A program made the translations under genes and the position numbers. Below, piece by piece: positions 39,005 to 48,421 of a DNA stretch of 64,000 nucleotides. This stretch comes from Chloroflexota bacterium (lineage in GTDB: Bacteria; Chloroflexota; Dehalococcoidia; UBA2979). Numbering within the stretch: position 1 is the first letter of the stretch; each line of letters opens with the position of its first letter. The notes under the pieces were generated by a model. It did not search any database, was not told the DNA's origin, and saw only the letters and a list, made by a program, of their open reading frames with translations. Where the stretch lies: positions 1 to 64,000 of the forward strand of contig JAQCIU010000002.1 of NCBI GenBank assembly GCA_027593235.1, written 5' to 3'.

Positions 39005-40330
39005 CTAACTCGCCGGCGTGTACTCCACCGGCAGCCGCTTGATCCCCGCGATGAAGTTGGAATTCAACCGCTCCGGCTCGCCCACCGCGTGCATGTCCGG
39101 GAACCGCTTCAGCAGCTCCTGGAAAATCACCTTGATCTCCAGCCGCGCGAACCCCGCGCCCAGGCAGAAGTGCTCGCCGATGCCAAACGCCAGGTGATCG
39201 TTCGGGCTCCGCGTGATGTCGAAGCGATACGGCTCCGGGAAGTGATCCTCGTCGCGATTGACCGAGGGGTACCACATCACCACCCGGTCACCCTTCGCGA
39301 TCGCCTGTCCGTGGATCTCCGTATCCGCCGTCGCAATCCGCGCCATGTGCGCCACCGGCGAAGTCCAGCGCAGGATCTCCTCCACCGCTGAATCGATCAG
39401 TTCCGGGTGCTCACGGAGCTGCTGCCACTGATCCGGGTGCTCGGACAGCACATGCATGCCGCCGCTGATCGCGTTCCGCGTCGTCTCGTTCCCGGCCACC
39501 ACCAGCAGCAGGCAGAACAGCAGGATGTCCATGTCGTTGAGCTGTTCGCCCTCGATCTCGGAGTCGACCAGCAGTGCCACCAGATCGTCGCGTCGGTGCT
39601 CGCGCCGGTCGGCGACCATGCCCATGAAGTGGCCGTACATCTGCATCGCCGATTGCTGCGTTGCCGCCTGCGCCGCCTCGCGCGTTCCGGCCTCTGCGTC
39701 GACGCCCGCGTCCTGCTGGTACTCCTGATCAGACGAACCCAGCAGTTGGTTCGTCAGGCTGAGCATCGTGTTCCAGTGCTCGCGCTCGATCCCCATCATT
39801 TCGCAGATCACCGCCAGCGGGAGCGGCGCCGCCACGTCCGCCACGAAGTCGCACGCTCCTCGAGGCGCAATCTCATCGAGGATCTGCGTCGTCAGCAGCC
39901 GGATGTGATCTTCCATCGCGCGCACCGCGCGCGGCGTGAACCCCTTGTTCACCAGCCGCCGCAGCTTCACGTGATTCGGCGGGTCGCTCGTGATCAGCAT
40001 CCCGTAGCGGGACGCGCCATGCGCCGCCTCCGCCATCGCCCCGCCGCCGCCCTCGGTGCCCAGGCTGGAATCTTCGTCCTCCAGCGGTTCCGCCAGCGTG
40101 ATCCCGCGACTGGAGATGAACAGCTCGGGCTGCCGCGAAACCGAGAGCACGTCATCCAGCTTCGTCAGCGACCAGAACCCCCGGCCGTTACTGGCGCTCG
40201 GTCCCGTCCAGTGCACCGGCGCATCGCGGCGCAGGATCTTGAACAGCTCGTGCGCCTCGTTCCGTCGAAAGATGCCGTCGTCCGCCAGGCTGATCTCGCT
40301 CGCCGAAAGCTGTGTCACGTCCGTCGTCAT
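39005..40330 (-). CDS. Cytochrome P450 (CYP125/CYP142-like style)
   Basis: DPPNH, AGNETT, EEILRW and HLAFGIGEHFCLG heme motif. Confidence 0.95.
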   Translation of the reverse strand: MTTDVTQLSASEISLADDGIFRRNEAHELFKILRRDAPVHWTGPSASNGRGFWSLTKLDDVLSVSRQPELFISSRGITLAEPLEDEDSSLGTEGGGGAMAEAAHGASRYGMLITSDPPNHVKLRRLVNKGFTPRAVRAMEDHIRLLTTQILDEIAPRGACDFVADVAAPLPLAVICEMMGIEREHWNTMLSLTNQLLGSSDQEYQQDAGVDAEAGTREAAQAATQQSAMQMYGHFMGMVADRREHRRDDLVALLVDSEIEGEQLNDMDILLFCLLLVVAGNETTRNAISGGMHVLSEHPDQWQQLREHPELIDSAVEEILRWTSPVAHMARIATADTEIHGQAIAKGDRVVMWYPSVNRDEDHFPEPYRFDITRSPNDHLAFGIGEHFCLGAGFARLEIKVIFQELLKRFPDMHAVGEPERLNSNFIAGIKRLPVEYTPAS

Positions 40331-40435
40331 CGTCGTCCCTCGCTTCGCTCGGTTCCGTCGCCCACTGCGCTGTCGCGCCCCCCGGTGCCCTGCCTCGCCG
40401 CGCTGCCCGCTGCGCGGGCGCTGCCGAGGTGCCAG

Positions 40436-40636
40436 TTACCCCTCGTGCATCGCGATCGTCTGCTTCGGGCACAGCCGCACGGCGCGTTCCACCGCTTCGC
40501 GCTCGTCCTCGGGGATCTCGCTGACCAGCACCCGCGCCAGATCGTCGTCGCCCACCTCGAACACCGCGGGCGCATTTGCGGCGCAGACCATGTTGCCTTC
40601 GCACCGCTCGTGATCGACGGTCGCTCTGATCGGCAT
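40436..40636 (-). CDS. 3Fe-4S ferredoxin
   Basis: CEGNMVC...APAVF...CPKQTI. GGAGG RBS; lies upstream of the P450. Confidence 0.9.
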   Translation of the reverse strand: MPIRATVDHERCEGNMVCAANAPAVFEVGDDDLARVLVSEIPEDEREAVERAVRLCPKQTIAMHEG

Positions 40637-40757
40637 CGCGCCCCCTCCAGTCGGTCCGACCGACAGTGCCGGGAGTCTAACCGAGCAACGCACCCCCCGA
40701 TCGACCGATCGACGCCCGCGCCGCACTCGTCAGACTCGAACGCCCTCCCCGGAACGC

Positions 40758-40785
40758 GAAACGACCACCCGAAGGTGGCCGTTCC
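40758..40785 (-). terminator. Terminator with cUUCGg tetraloop after the 26-aa ORF
   Basis: Minus strand GGAACGGCCACC-TTCG-GGTGGTCGTTTC. Confidence 0.65.
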
Positions 40786-40810
40786 AGCAATTCCGATCGA
40801 CGGTCGAGCG

Positions 40811-40891
40811 CTACGTCGTTGCGATCGACAGCCCAACGATGAGCTGACCGACGAGCTTCGTGCGCTCAATGCTCGGCTTGCTGTACGTCAT
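40811..40891 (-). CDS. 26-aa peptide MTYSKPSIERTKLVGQLIVGLSIATT, RiPP-precursor-like
   Basis: GGAGG-CCAG-ATG, TAG stop, downstream terminator and YxxP leader-like motif. Below the ORF-track size cutoff. Confidence 0.6.
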   Translation of the reverse strand: MTYSKPSIERTKLVGQLIVGLSIATT

Positions 40892-40988
40892 CTGGCCTCC
40901 GGATGACTCCGGCGTCCTTGCCTGCTTGGTTGCCCCAGAGCCTACGCGACCAGTCGCCGAGCCGCAGCCGCCGCGTGCGGACCGTCGT

Positions 40989-41044
40989 TGGTACCGAAGG
41001 TGGGATTCGAACCAACACGGGGGTTACCGCCCGCGGTGTTCGAG
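40989..41044 (-). repeat. att-like duplicate of the tRNA-Leu 3' half
   Basis: TGGTACCGAAGGTGGGATTCGAACCAACACGGGGGTTACC... matches 42614-42669 at 50 of 56 positions, ending in the anticodon loop. Confidence 0.88.
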
Positions 41045-41231
41045 TTCTTGCACGGTCAAGCTGGAGCGATGCGAGCGAAGTGGTGACTCCCTGCGCGCTC
41101 CTCAGGCGGTGACTGATTGGCTGCGCTGTTGGACGGCACTCCAGCGCCCCGGTTCACTACACTGGAGCACTCGCCCGCGTGTACGTCAGCTCGGAGGACG
41201 CGAGCGCCTGCCGGGGGGCGACGCAGTGAAG

Positions 41232-42434
41232 ATGCGGCTTCAAGAACGTCTGCTCACGCCCTCGCGGATGTTCGGCTTCGTTGCGATCAGTACCGCGCTG
41301 TTCGCACTGCTCATCATCACCGTCGCCGTGCCGGAGACAGGGGCGTTCGATGCGCCCGACTTCACCGAGGCCAGAGGGGCAACTCGGACGGGCACCGTGC
41401 GCGATGTCGCACTGGAACGAACCGTCAGCCGCGCCGGAACCGTCATCACTGAGCGTTTCGACGTTGAAATCGGCGGCGAGACGGTTGTGAGCGAGCGCTC
41501 CTATATCGAAGGCCAACAGGGCATTCGTCAGTACCAGGTCGGCGACCGCGTTCTCGTGACCGCCAGCGAAGGTCCGGCGGGCGTCCGCTACGGGATCAGC
41601 GACCATGCGCGCGGATCAGCCCTGCTCCTTCTACTCCTGCTGTTCGGTGTACTCGTGATCTTCGTCGGAAGATGGCATGGGATCGGTTCGCTGATCGGCC
41701 TCGGAGCGAGCGCGCTGGTCATCTGGCGCTTCGTGATTCCCGGGATACTCGCCGGTCATGACCCGGTCGTCATCGCGATCATTGGCTCGACGGTGCTGGT
41801 CACCACAACGCTCCTGCTGGCACACGGGCCTAACCTCAAGACCGCGCTTGCAGTCGTCAGTACCGCGCTGAGCCTGCTCCTGACCGGCGTGCTCGCGCGG
41901 GTGGCGGTTCAGGGCCTTGAGCTGGGCGGTCTTGCTGACGAGGACTCCGCACTCCTCGGTGCGGTGACTGGCGGCACCGTTGACCCGCAAGGACTGCTCC
42001 TGGCCGGCTTCGTGATCGGGGCCCTCGGCGTCCTCGATGATGTGACCGCGACCCAGGTCTCGGCCGTCTCCGAACTCAGCGACGCGAACGCATCGCTTGG
42101 CCGTCTCGAGCTGTACCGGCGCGCGATGAACATCGGCCGGGACCATGTGGCTTCGACTGTAAACACGCTCGTGCTCGCGTACGCCGGTGCGGCGTTGCCG
42201 CTGATACTGCTGATCTCCGTACAGCAGGAAGCGATCGGGGTGCTCTTCCAGCGCGAACTGGTCGCCACCGAGGTCGCTCGAACGATGGCCGGGAGTATCG
42301 GGATCGTCTCCGCTGTCCCCATCAGCACCGCGCTCGCCGCGCTCGTTTTCGGACGTTCCCGAACGCGTATCTCGACGGGCGAGGCCCCCGAGGCGAATCC
42401 GCGGCACGAAGCCGCCGCAAGCCACATGCCGTGA
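41232..42434 (+). CDS. YibE/F family membrane protein
   Basis: VGDRV, ILAGHDP, IGALGVLDDVT, NIGRDHVASTVNTLVLAYAGAALP and AGSIG. Confidence 0.88.
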   Translation: MRLQERLLTPSRMFGFVAISTALFALLIITVAVPETGAFDAPDFTEARGATRTGTVRDVALERTVSRAGTVITERFDVEIGGETVVSERSYIEGQQGIRQYQVGDRVLVTASEGPAGVRYGISDHARGSALLLLLLLFGVLVIFVGRWHGIGSLIGLGASALVIWRFVIPGILAGHDPVVIAIIGSTVLVTTTLLLAHGPNLKTALAVVSTALSLLLTGVLARVAVQGLELGGLADEDSALLGAVTGGTVDPQGLLLAGFVIGALGVLDDVTATQVSAVSELSDANASLGRLELYRRAMNIGRDHVASTVNTLVLAYAGAALPLILLISVQQEAIGVLFQRELVATEVARTMAGSIGIVSAVPISTALAALVFGRSRTRISTGEAPEANPRHEAAASHMP

Positions 42435-42613
42435 GCTGACACGCTCGAGGCGCCAGAATCTGTCGACCGGATCGGCATCGCGCTGTCAGCACTCAAGGTC
42501 TCACGAACGGGTTCGACGGCCGTTTGACGCCAGTCCGGCGCCAACTGTTGAACCTCGCGATCACATCGCTGAGAGCGAGTCACGCGCATTGAGGCAGCAA
42601 CCCCGTGAGTTGC

Positions 42614-42701
42614 TGGTACCGAAGGTGGGATTCGAACCCACACGGGGGTTACCCCCAACGGTTTTTGAGACCGTCGCGTCTGCCGGTTCCGCCACTTCGG
42701 C
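42614..42701 (-). tRNA. tRNA-Leu(CAA)
   Basis: Reverse complement GCCGAAGTGGCGGAACCGGCAGACGCGACGGTCTCAAAAACCGTTGGGGGTAACCCCCGTGTGGGTTCGAATCCCACCTTCGGTACCA, with a long variable arm. Confidence 0.97.
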
Positions 42702-42801
42702 GTGGTCCCCGAGCATATCCGCCCGCTCCCGCGGGGGCTACGAGGGCAAACTCGCTCCCGGCGGCAGCGCGTCCGGCGCCTCCGAGGACCCCGCGTGCGG
42801 G

Positions 42802-42999
42802 CTAATCCCTCGGGCGCTGTCCGACGGGCCGACTTGGGACGTCGACATGTTGCTGATCCTGGATCGCGGCCTCGTGCGGTGGCGCCACCTGCTCACTGCG
42901 CCCAATCGGCGCGGTTGGCTGTTCCGCCGTGCGACCGAATCCCACCGCCGGCAGCACCCGCGTCATCCGCATCAGGATCGACTGCAATCGTGCAAGCAT
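42802..42999 (-). CDS. Small hypothetical protein (65 aa)
   Basis: Strong AAGGAGG RBS 6 nt before the ATG; no recognised motif. Confidence 0.45.
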   Translation of the reverse strand: MLARLQSILMRMTRVLPAVGFGRTAEQPTAPIGRSEQVAPPHEAAIQDQQHVDVPSRPVGQRPRD

Positions 43000-43121
43000 C
43001 GCGATCCTCCTTCGATCGCATCAACGATGCGATCGAGGCGCCCCGGCATTGAAGAGGCGAAGGTCACTGCCGCGCGGGTCCGTCCGTTGCAAGCATCGGC
43101 ACCGTGGGGCGCCGCCCCCGC

Positions 43122-45515
43122 CTACGCCGGCTCGAGCACCAGCGTCGTCTCCGCCGCGCGCGTGACGTCCGAGGCGCGCAGGTGCATCGGCGCGCGCCGG
43201 TGCGTGCGCCACGACTCCGCCTGATCGGCGTAGTGCGGTGTGCCCGGTAACCCCGAGGTGCCGCCCGGCGTGATCCACGTTGCGCGGTCCGGCTTCGTGA
43301 AATCGACGACCTGTCGGTAGACGGAGAGACCGCCGACCTTGAACGCCGGCCCCGAGGCCGGTTCGGTGATCGTGACCGCTGCCGCCTGGATCGTGTCGCT
43401 GTCGCCGCCGATCGGGATCACCGGTGGATCGAGCACGGACGCCAGTTCCGGGAACGACGCCGACAGTGTGTGCTCCGCGCGCACGACGTGTGCCGCGTCC
43501 CAGCGCCACCGCTTCGGATCGGCGGTCCCGGCGATCCGCGTGGCGTCTCGCCACGCGTCGGCCAGCGCCCGCGGGAGCGCGCGCATCAGCACCGCGCTGA
43601 GCGGGCGGCCATCCACCGAGGCCGCCGTCGTGTCCAACCCCGGTCCCTCCAGAGACGCGCCGTACTGGTACATCCACAGCCGCACCAGCGCCTCGGTGCC
43701 GGTGTTGCCCTCGGCAGCCATCCAGGCCCACGTCTCGCCGCCAACGATTGGCTCGATCAGGTGCCGCGACAACGCGCGGGAGAAGCAGCCGTAGAGCAGC
43801 CCGAGCGCCGCGTTTGGCCGCAGCTCCCCGTCGCCGGTGGCGAGCAAGGCGCGTGCGCACTCCGCGTCGCCGGTCATCGCCGGTCGTGTCGCCAGGTACG
43901 CCATCCACCGTCGCGCCGCCACCGAGGTCCGATCGCCCTGCAAGGCCGCGATCGCCGCCGGCGTCATCGGCGGCGCGCCGCGGAGCGACTCGATCACCCG
44001 CGCCGCGCGACTCGCTGCCGCGAACTCGTACGCGAGGTAAGGGTCGTCGCCCTCGATCGGGCGTTGGTTCGCCGTGCCCACGAAGCCCTCGGGCGGGTTG
44101 ATCGCCTGCGGCAGGCGGCGGAACGGGACGTCACCGCTCCACTCGTGCTCGCCGGTCCAGCCCGGCACCACGAACTGGCGCGTCGCCTCGGTGGAGCGCA
44201 CCGGCACCCGGCCGCGGTACAGGAAGCCGATGTTCCCCTCGGCGTCTGCGCTTACGAGGTTGTTGACCGGCTCGACCCACTTCCGTTGGGTCTCGTGCAG
44301 CTCCTGCACCGTGCGCGCCGTCAGCATCGGCCGCAGGCACTCCCACTGCTCGCACGGCTGATCCGTCGCCGTGTACCGCATCGCGATCGCGTGCCCGCTC
44401 CTTGGGTCGCCGCCGACCACCGGGCCGTGCCGCGTCACCCAGACCTCCGAGGTCACTGGGTCGCCGCCAGCCACTCGCACCCGTTCGCGGCGCACCCGCG
44501 CCTGTGCCCAGCCGCTCTCGGTCCGGTAGCGCGTGGGATCCTTCGGGTCGAACGATTCCAGGTAGAGATCCTGGTAATCGGCCTGACCGTGCGTGATGTT
44601 GAAGGCCACCTGCCCGTTGTTGCCGAAGTGCGGGAACGCAGGGAACCCGGGGAACGCCCCGCCCGCCATCCGGAACTCCGGGCATCCGACCGTGACCTGC
44701 CAGTACACGTTCGGTACGTCCAGCGGTCGGTGCGAATCGTTCACCAGCATCGGCTTGCCGGTCGTCGTTCGGCTCCCGTGCACCGCCCACGAGTTCGATC
44801 CGCCGTCATCGATGCCCAGCGTGTCCAGGCTCCGCACCGCTTCGCGCAGCTCCTCGGCGCTCTGCCGGATCACCTCGGAGGCGCCGCTCCCCGGCGGCAG
44901 GATCAGATCCAGCCCCACCGGCTCCGATCCATCGAGCAGTGCGTACTTCTCCGGCCCGATCCGGCGCAGCAATTCCGTGCGCGCCAGCTTCATCAGCCGC
45001 TTGCCCATGATCGCGTGCCGCACCTTGAAGATCAGCACCGAATGCCACGGCTCCCAGTCGTCTGGCTTGCTCCCGGTCAGCGCGTACTCGATCGGCAATG
45101 GCTGGTCCGAGTGGATGAACGCGTTCACCCCGGCCGCGTACGCCTCGAACATCGCCAGCGTCGCTGGCGACATCGCCGCTACGTCCGCCTGCGAAGCCTC
45201 ATCGAGGAGGAAGCGCCGGAAGAGCAGATCCGAGGCGACGCCAACCGGCCCCGCCACCTCCGCCCAGGTACCCGTGCCGCGGCGCCGGTACCACTCCAGT
45301 TGCCAGAGCCGGTCCTGCGCGCAGGCGTAGCCCATCCCGAACCACGCGTCGTGCTCGTTCCCCGCCTCGATCGCCGGAATCCCGAAGGCGTCCCGACTGA
45401 TCGTCACCTCGCCGTCCAGCCCCGGCGCCGTCAAGCGACCATCGAGCTGCGGGATCTGCGCCTTCAGCTCGGCCTTCGTCGGACGCTTTTTCTTGCTGAC
45501 GGTTGGCGTGGTCAT
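43122..45515 (-). CDS. Penicillin acylase family (peptidase S45) Ntn-hydrolase
   Basis: RDAFGIP, AQDRLWQLE, GSNSWAV, NDSH, TRHGP, TANQR and HYADQ. Confidence 0.92.
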   Translation of the reverse strand: MTTPTVSKKKRPTKAELKAQIPQLDGRLTAPGLDGEVTISRDAFGIPAIEAGNEHDAWFGMGYACAQDRLWQLEWYRRRGTGTWAEVAGPVGVASDLLFRRFLLDEASQADVAAMSPATLAMFEAYAAGVNAFIHSDQPLPIEYALTGSKPDDWEPWHSVLIFKVRHAIMGKRLMKLARTELLRRIGPEKYALLDGSEPVGLDLILPPGSGASEVIRQSAEELREAVRSLDTLGIDDGGSNSWAVHGSRTTTGKPMLVNDSHRPLDVPNVYWQVTVGCPEFRMAGGAFPGFPAFPHFGNNGQVAFNITHGQADYQDLYLESFDPKDPTRYRTESGWAQARVRRERVRVAGGDPVTSEVWVTRHGPVVGGDPRSGHAIAMRYTATDQPCEQWECLRPMLTARTVQELHETQRKWVEPVNNLVSADAEGNIGFLYRGRVPVRSTEATRQFVVPGWTGEHEWSGDVPFRRLPQAINPPEGFVGTANQRPIEGDDPYLAYEFAAASRAARVIESLRGAPPMTPAAIAALQGDRTSVAARRWMAYLATRPAMTGDAECARALLATGDGELRPNAALGLLYGCFSRALSRHLIEPIVGGETWAWMAAEGNTGTEALVRLWMYQYGASLEGPGLDTTAASVDGRPLSAVLMRALPRALADAWRDATRIAGTADPKRWRWDAAHVVRAEHTLSASFPELASVLDPPVIPIGGDSDTIQAAAVTITEPASGPAFKVGGLSVYRQVVDFTKPDRATWITPGGTSGLPGTPHYADQAESWRTHRRAPMHLRASDVTRAAETTLVLEPA

Positions 45516-45558
45516 CGGCTTCTTCCCGGATCCGCGGGCGGTGTACTGGTTGTGGTCG

Positions 45559-46680
45559 CTACTGCAGCGCTCCGGCGGCGGAGATCGGCCAGGCCGCCTC
45601 GACGACCCCCTTGCGCACCGCGTAGAGCGTGCGGTGCAGCAGCATCGTCGAGTCGGAGTAGTTCGGCACCAGCGTGATCCGCTGGCCCGGCGTCACCGTC
45701 ACCCCCTCGTCGAGGGTCAGGATCGTGTGCTCCGCGTTTAGCCCGCGGATCTGCACCCCTGGCGGCGACACGACCGCCGGCAGCCCCGTGTGCATCCCGC
45801 TGCCCTTCCAGCCCATGTCCGCCACCGCGCGCCCCGGCACAGCGGTGGAAACGATCTGCGCCTGGATGAACAACGACTGCTGGTGGTCCGGCACCTTCAT
45901 CTTGTCCTGGTACGTCAGATCGAGCAGCACGCCGCCGCCGGCCTGCAGCTCGTTGGTCGCGCCGAGGGCGATGTTGAACCAGTAGTTCCCCGTCCCCCCG
46001 CCGCTCATGATCTCGACCTCGATGCCGGCCGCCTCCACCTGGCGTCGCGCCTCGCTGAAGACGTCGGCCGCCGCCGCCGACACCGCCTCTTTCTCCTCGA
46101 GGTCGCTGATCCCGACCGCGTGACCCTCGTAGCCCATCAGGCCGCGCAGCCGCAGCCCCGGGGCATCGAGGACCGCCCGCGCCAGTGCCGGCGCCGCCTC
46201 TGGCGTCACCCCGCAGCGGTTCGTCCCGATGTTGATGTCGACGAGCACGTCGAGCGTGAGCCCGGCCGCGCTGAACGCCGCCGACAGCTCCGCCACGTTG
46301 CGCTCGTCGTCCACCGCGACGCACAGCCGCGAGGCCTGCCGGCCAACCTCGACGAGGCGCGCGATCTTCAGCGGCCCCACGATCTCGTTCGCGATCAGGA
46401 TGTCGTCGATGCCGCCGGCGAGCATCGCCTCGGCCTCGCCGACTTTGGCGCAGGTGATCCCCTGCGCCCCGCCGGCGATGATCCGCTTCGCGAGGTCCGG
46501 CGACTTGCTTGCCTTCACGTGTGGCCGCCAGCGCACGCCCGCGTCCGCGCTGCGCTTCGCCATCAGCCCGATGTTGTGCTCCAGCGCGTCCAGGTCGACG
46601 TACAGCGTCGGCGTATCAAGCTCCTCGATCCGCCGCCCGATCACGTCGGTCGTCGCGGAAGCGGGCGCGGTCGTGGTCAT
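45559..46680 (-). CDS. DSD1 / D-threonine aldolase family PLP enzyme
   Basis: LDTP, RPHVKASK, RCGV, GLMGYEGH, GGGTG and NAEH. Confidence 0.85.
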   Translation of the reverse strand: MTTTAPASATTDVIGRRIEELDTPTLYVDLDALEHNIGLMAKRSADAGVRWRPHVKASKSPDLAKRIIAGGAQGITCAKVGEAEAMLAGGIDDILIANEIVGPLKIARLVEVGRQASRLCVAVDDERNVAELSAAFSAAGLTLDVLVDINIGTNRCGVTPEAAPALARAVLDAPGLRLRGLMGYEGHAVGISDLEEKEAVSAAAADVFSEARRQVEAAGIEVEIMSGGGTGNYWFNIALGATNELQAGGGVLLDLTYQDKMKVPDHQQSLFIQAQIVSTAVPGRAVADMGWKGSGMHTGLPAVVSPPGVQIRGLNAEHTILTLDEGVTVTPGQRITLVPNYSDSTMLLHRTLYAVRKGVVEAAWPISAAGALQ

Positions 46681-46768
46681 GCGTGTTCCTTGCTCTCAGC
46701 GCCCGTCGGGCCGTCGGCGGCCGCCGTTGGGTATCGATCGGGCATCGTCGTTCGCCGCGCGCGGCTGG

Positions 46769-47989
46769 CTACCAGTGGTCCGCCGTGAACGGCGCGAACT
46801 TCGTGCGCAGCGTCTTGTCCCACGTCGGCAACGCCGAGGCGTTGTGGACCGTCAGCTTCCCGTAGCGCGCAGCCTCGGATGCCGTGATCTGCCCGAAGAG
46901 CAGCATCGCCAGCGTTCCCGGCCGCAACGACACGTCCGCTGCCGCACCGTCGGTGCCCTCGGAGAGACGCGTCACCTCGGCGTCGTCCGGACCGGTGTGG
47001 ATCTGCCACGTCCCCGTGTTCCACGGGCACACGTCGTCCTCGAGGGTGAACGTCAACCGCTCGCTCTCCTCGTACCCGCGTCCGCGGAAGCTGCCCTCCA
47101 CGTCCACCACCCGTGCCAGCAACTGGTCGCGTGACCGCCGCCGCAGCATCCGCGGTTCCAGCAGCAGGTGTGGCAGCGGGTCGTCCGGCGACACGTTGTG
47201 CCACGACACCTTGTTCACGAGCTGCATCGTCGCGAAGTTCTGCCAGAACGCGCGGTACGCCTGCGGCGTCAGCCACACGATGTCGTCGATTTCGCAGACG
47301 TGATTCGGCTCCGGCCACGGCGCGTTGCCCGGCCCGGTGCGGTAGATCGCGTAGCCCTGCAGCTCGCCGTCCTCTTCGTACACCAGCACCGAGCGCGTCT
47401 CGCCCTTCGCCGGTGGCGCCAGGATTCCCGCGTCCCACATTGGCTTCCCGCGGTGCACCTCGCCGGTGCGCGCTTCGCGGTACTCCCGGTACAGCCCCAC
47501 CAGCGTCCCGAAGTCCTTATCCGGATCCGGGTCCACATGCCGCAGCCGCCCCGGCGTCTCGAGGGCTTCGTTGAACTGGATGAACCGCGGCTCGATGTCG
47601 TACTGGTACTGCGTCGACACCACCGCGTACCCATACCGCTGGTAGATCGCCGCTTGCGAGGCGAACAGCACCGCCAGCGGACGTTCGCCCGCCTCGTGCA
47701 GCTCCTCGAAGTGCCGCGTGATCAGCTTCCGCAGGTATCCCCGCTGGCGGTCGATCGAGTCCGTCGAGACCGTCGTCACGCCGGAGATCGGCACCGCCTT
47801 GCCGTTGAACCGCATCGTCAGCGGCCACGACCCGTGTACCGAGGCCGGTCGCCCGTCGTCGAACGCGACGAGCGTGAAGTCCGGCTGCAACGCCGCGAAG
47901 TCCTCGAGGGGCTGCGCGAGCGATGTCGTCAGGATGCGCAGGACGTCCGGCAGTTCGTCCGCATTGGCCGATCGAATCTCAATCGCCAC
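46769..47989 (-). CDS. Eis-like GNAT acetyltransferase with SCP2-like C-terminus
   Basis: VTTVST...RQRGYL, LFASQAAIYQRYGY, LARVVDV and DDVCPWNTG. Confidence 0.85.
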   Translation of the reverse strand: MAIEIRSANADELPDVLRILTTSLAQPLEDFAALQPDFTLVAFDDGRPASVHGSWPLTMRFNGKAVPISGVTTVSTDSIDRQRGYLRKLITRHFEELHEAGERPLAVLFASQAAIYQRYGYAVVSTQYQYDIEPRFIQFNEALETPGRLRHVDPDPDKDFGTLVGLYREYREARTGEVHRGKPMWDAGILAPPAKGETRSVLVYEEDGELQGYAIYRTGPGNAPWPEPNHVCEIDDIVWLTPQAYRAFWQNFATMQLVNKVSWHNVSPDDPLPHLLLEPRMLRRRSRDQLLARVVDVEGSFRGRGYEESERLTFTLEDDVCPWNTGTWQIHTGPDDAEVTRLSEGTDGAAADVSLRPGTLAMLLFGQITASEAARYGKLTVHNASALPTWDKTLRTKFAPFTADHW

Positions 47990-48028
47990 TTGGCTGGTCC
48001 GTTCTGTTGCGTTGTGCTGAGTGCGAGG

Positions 48029-48421
48029 CTACGCCGGCTTGAAGACCGGCACCTGCACGTCCCCCGACGGCTCGAACGCCACCTGCAGGGCCATGCCGAC
48101 CTTGATCTCCTCATTCGGTGCGTCGATTCGCGCGTTCATCCGCGGCCCCTCGGCCAGTTCGACGATCGCGACGTTGTACGGCAGTTCCTGCGCGAACCCC
48201 GGGTCGTACAGGCGGTGCATCACCGCGAACGTGTGCAGCGTTCCCGCTCCCGAGGCCTCCGCCCATTCGAGGTCCGCCTCCAGGCAATTGGTGCACACCT
48301 CCTGGATCGGGAACGCGTACTGGCTGCATGTGCGGCAGCGTTGGAGCATCAGCGCCCCACGCGCCGCGCCATCGAAAAACGGCGCGCTCGCCTCGTCTGC
48401 CGTCACCGTTGGCCGCGTCAC
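48029..48421 (-). CDS. DUF35 Zn-ribbon/OB-fold protein (ChsH2-like)
   Basis: PFF...LMLQRCRTC...CTNC, VELAEGPRM and PVFKP. GTG start coupled to the thiolase stop. Confidence 0.9.
   Translation of the reverse strand: MTRPTVTADEASAPFFDGAARGALMLQRCRTCSQYAFPIQEVCTNCLEADLEWAEASGAGTLHTFAVMHRLYDPGFAQELPYNVAIVELAEGPRMNARIDAPNEEIKVGMALQVAFEPSGDVQVPVFKPA

Noticed and set aside
39005-40891. The 26-aa peptide as substrate of the downstream P450 (P450-modified RiPP)
   Set aside because: A terminator separates them, the putative core has no aromatic residues, and the P450 resembles lipid/steroid-oxidising types. Adjacency is noted but the link is not claimed.
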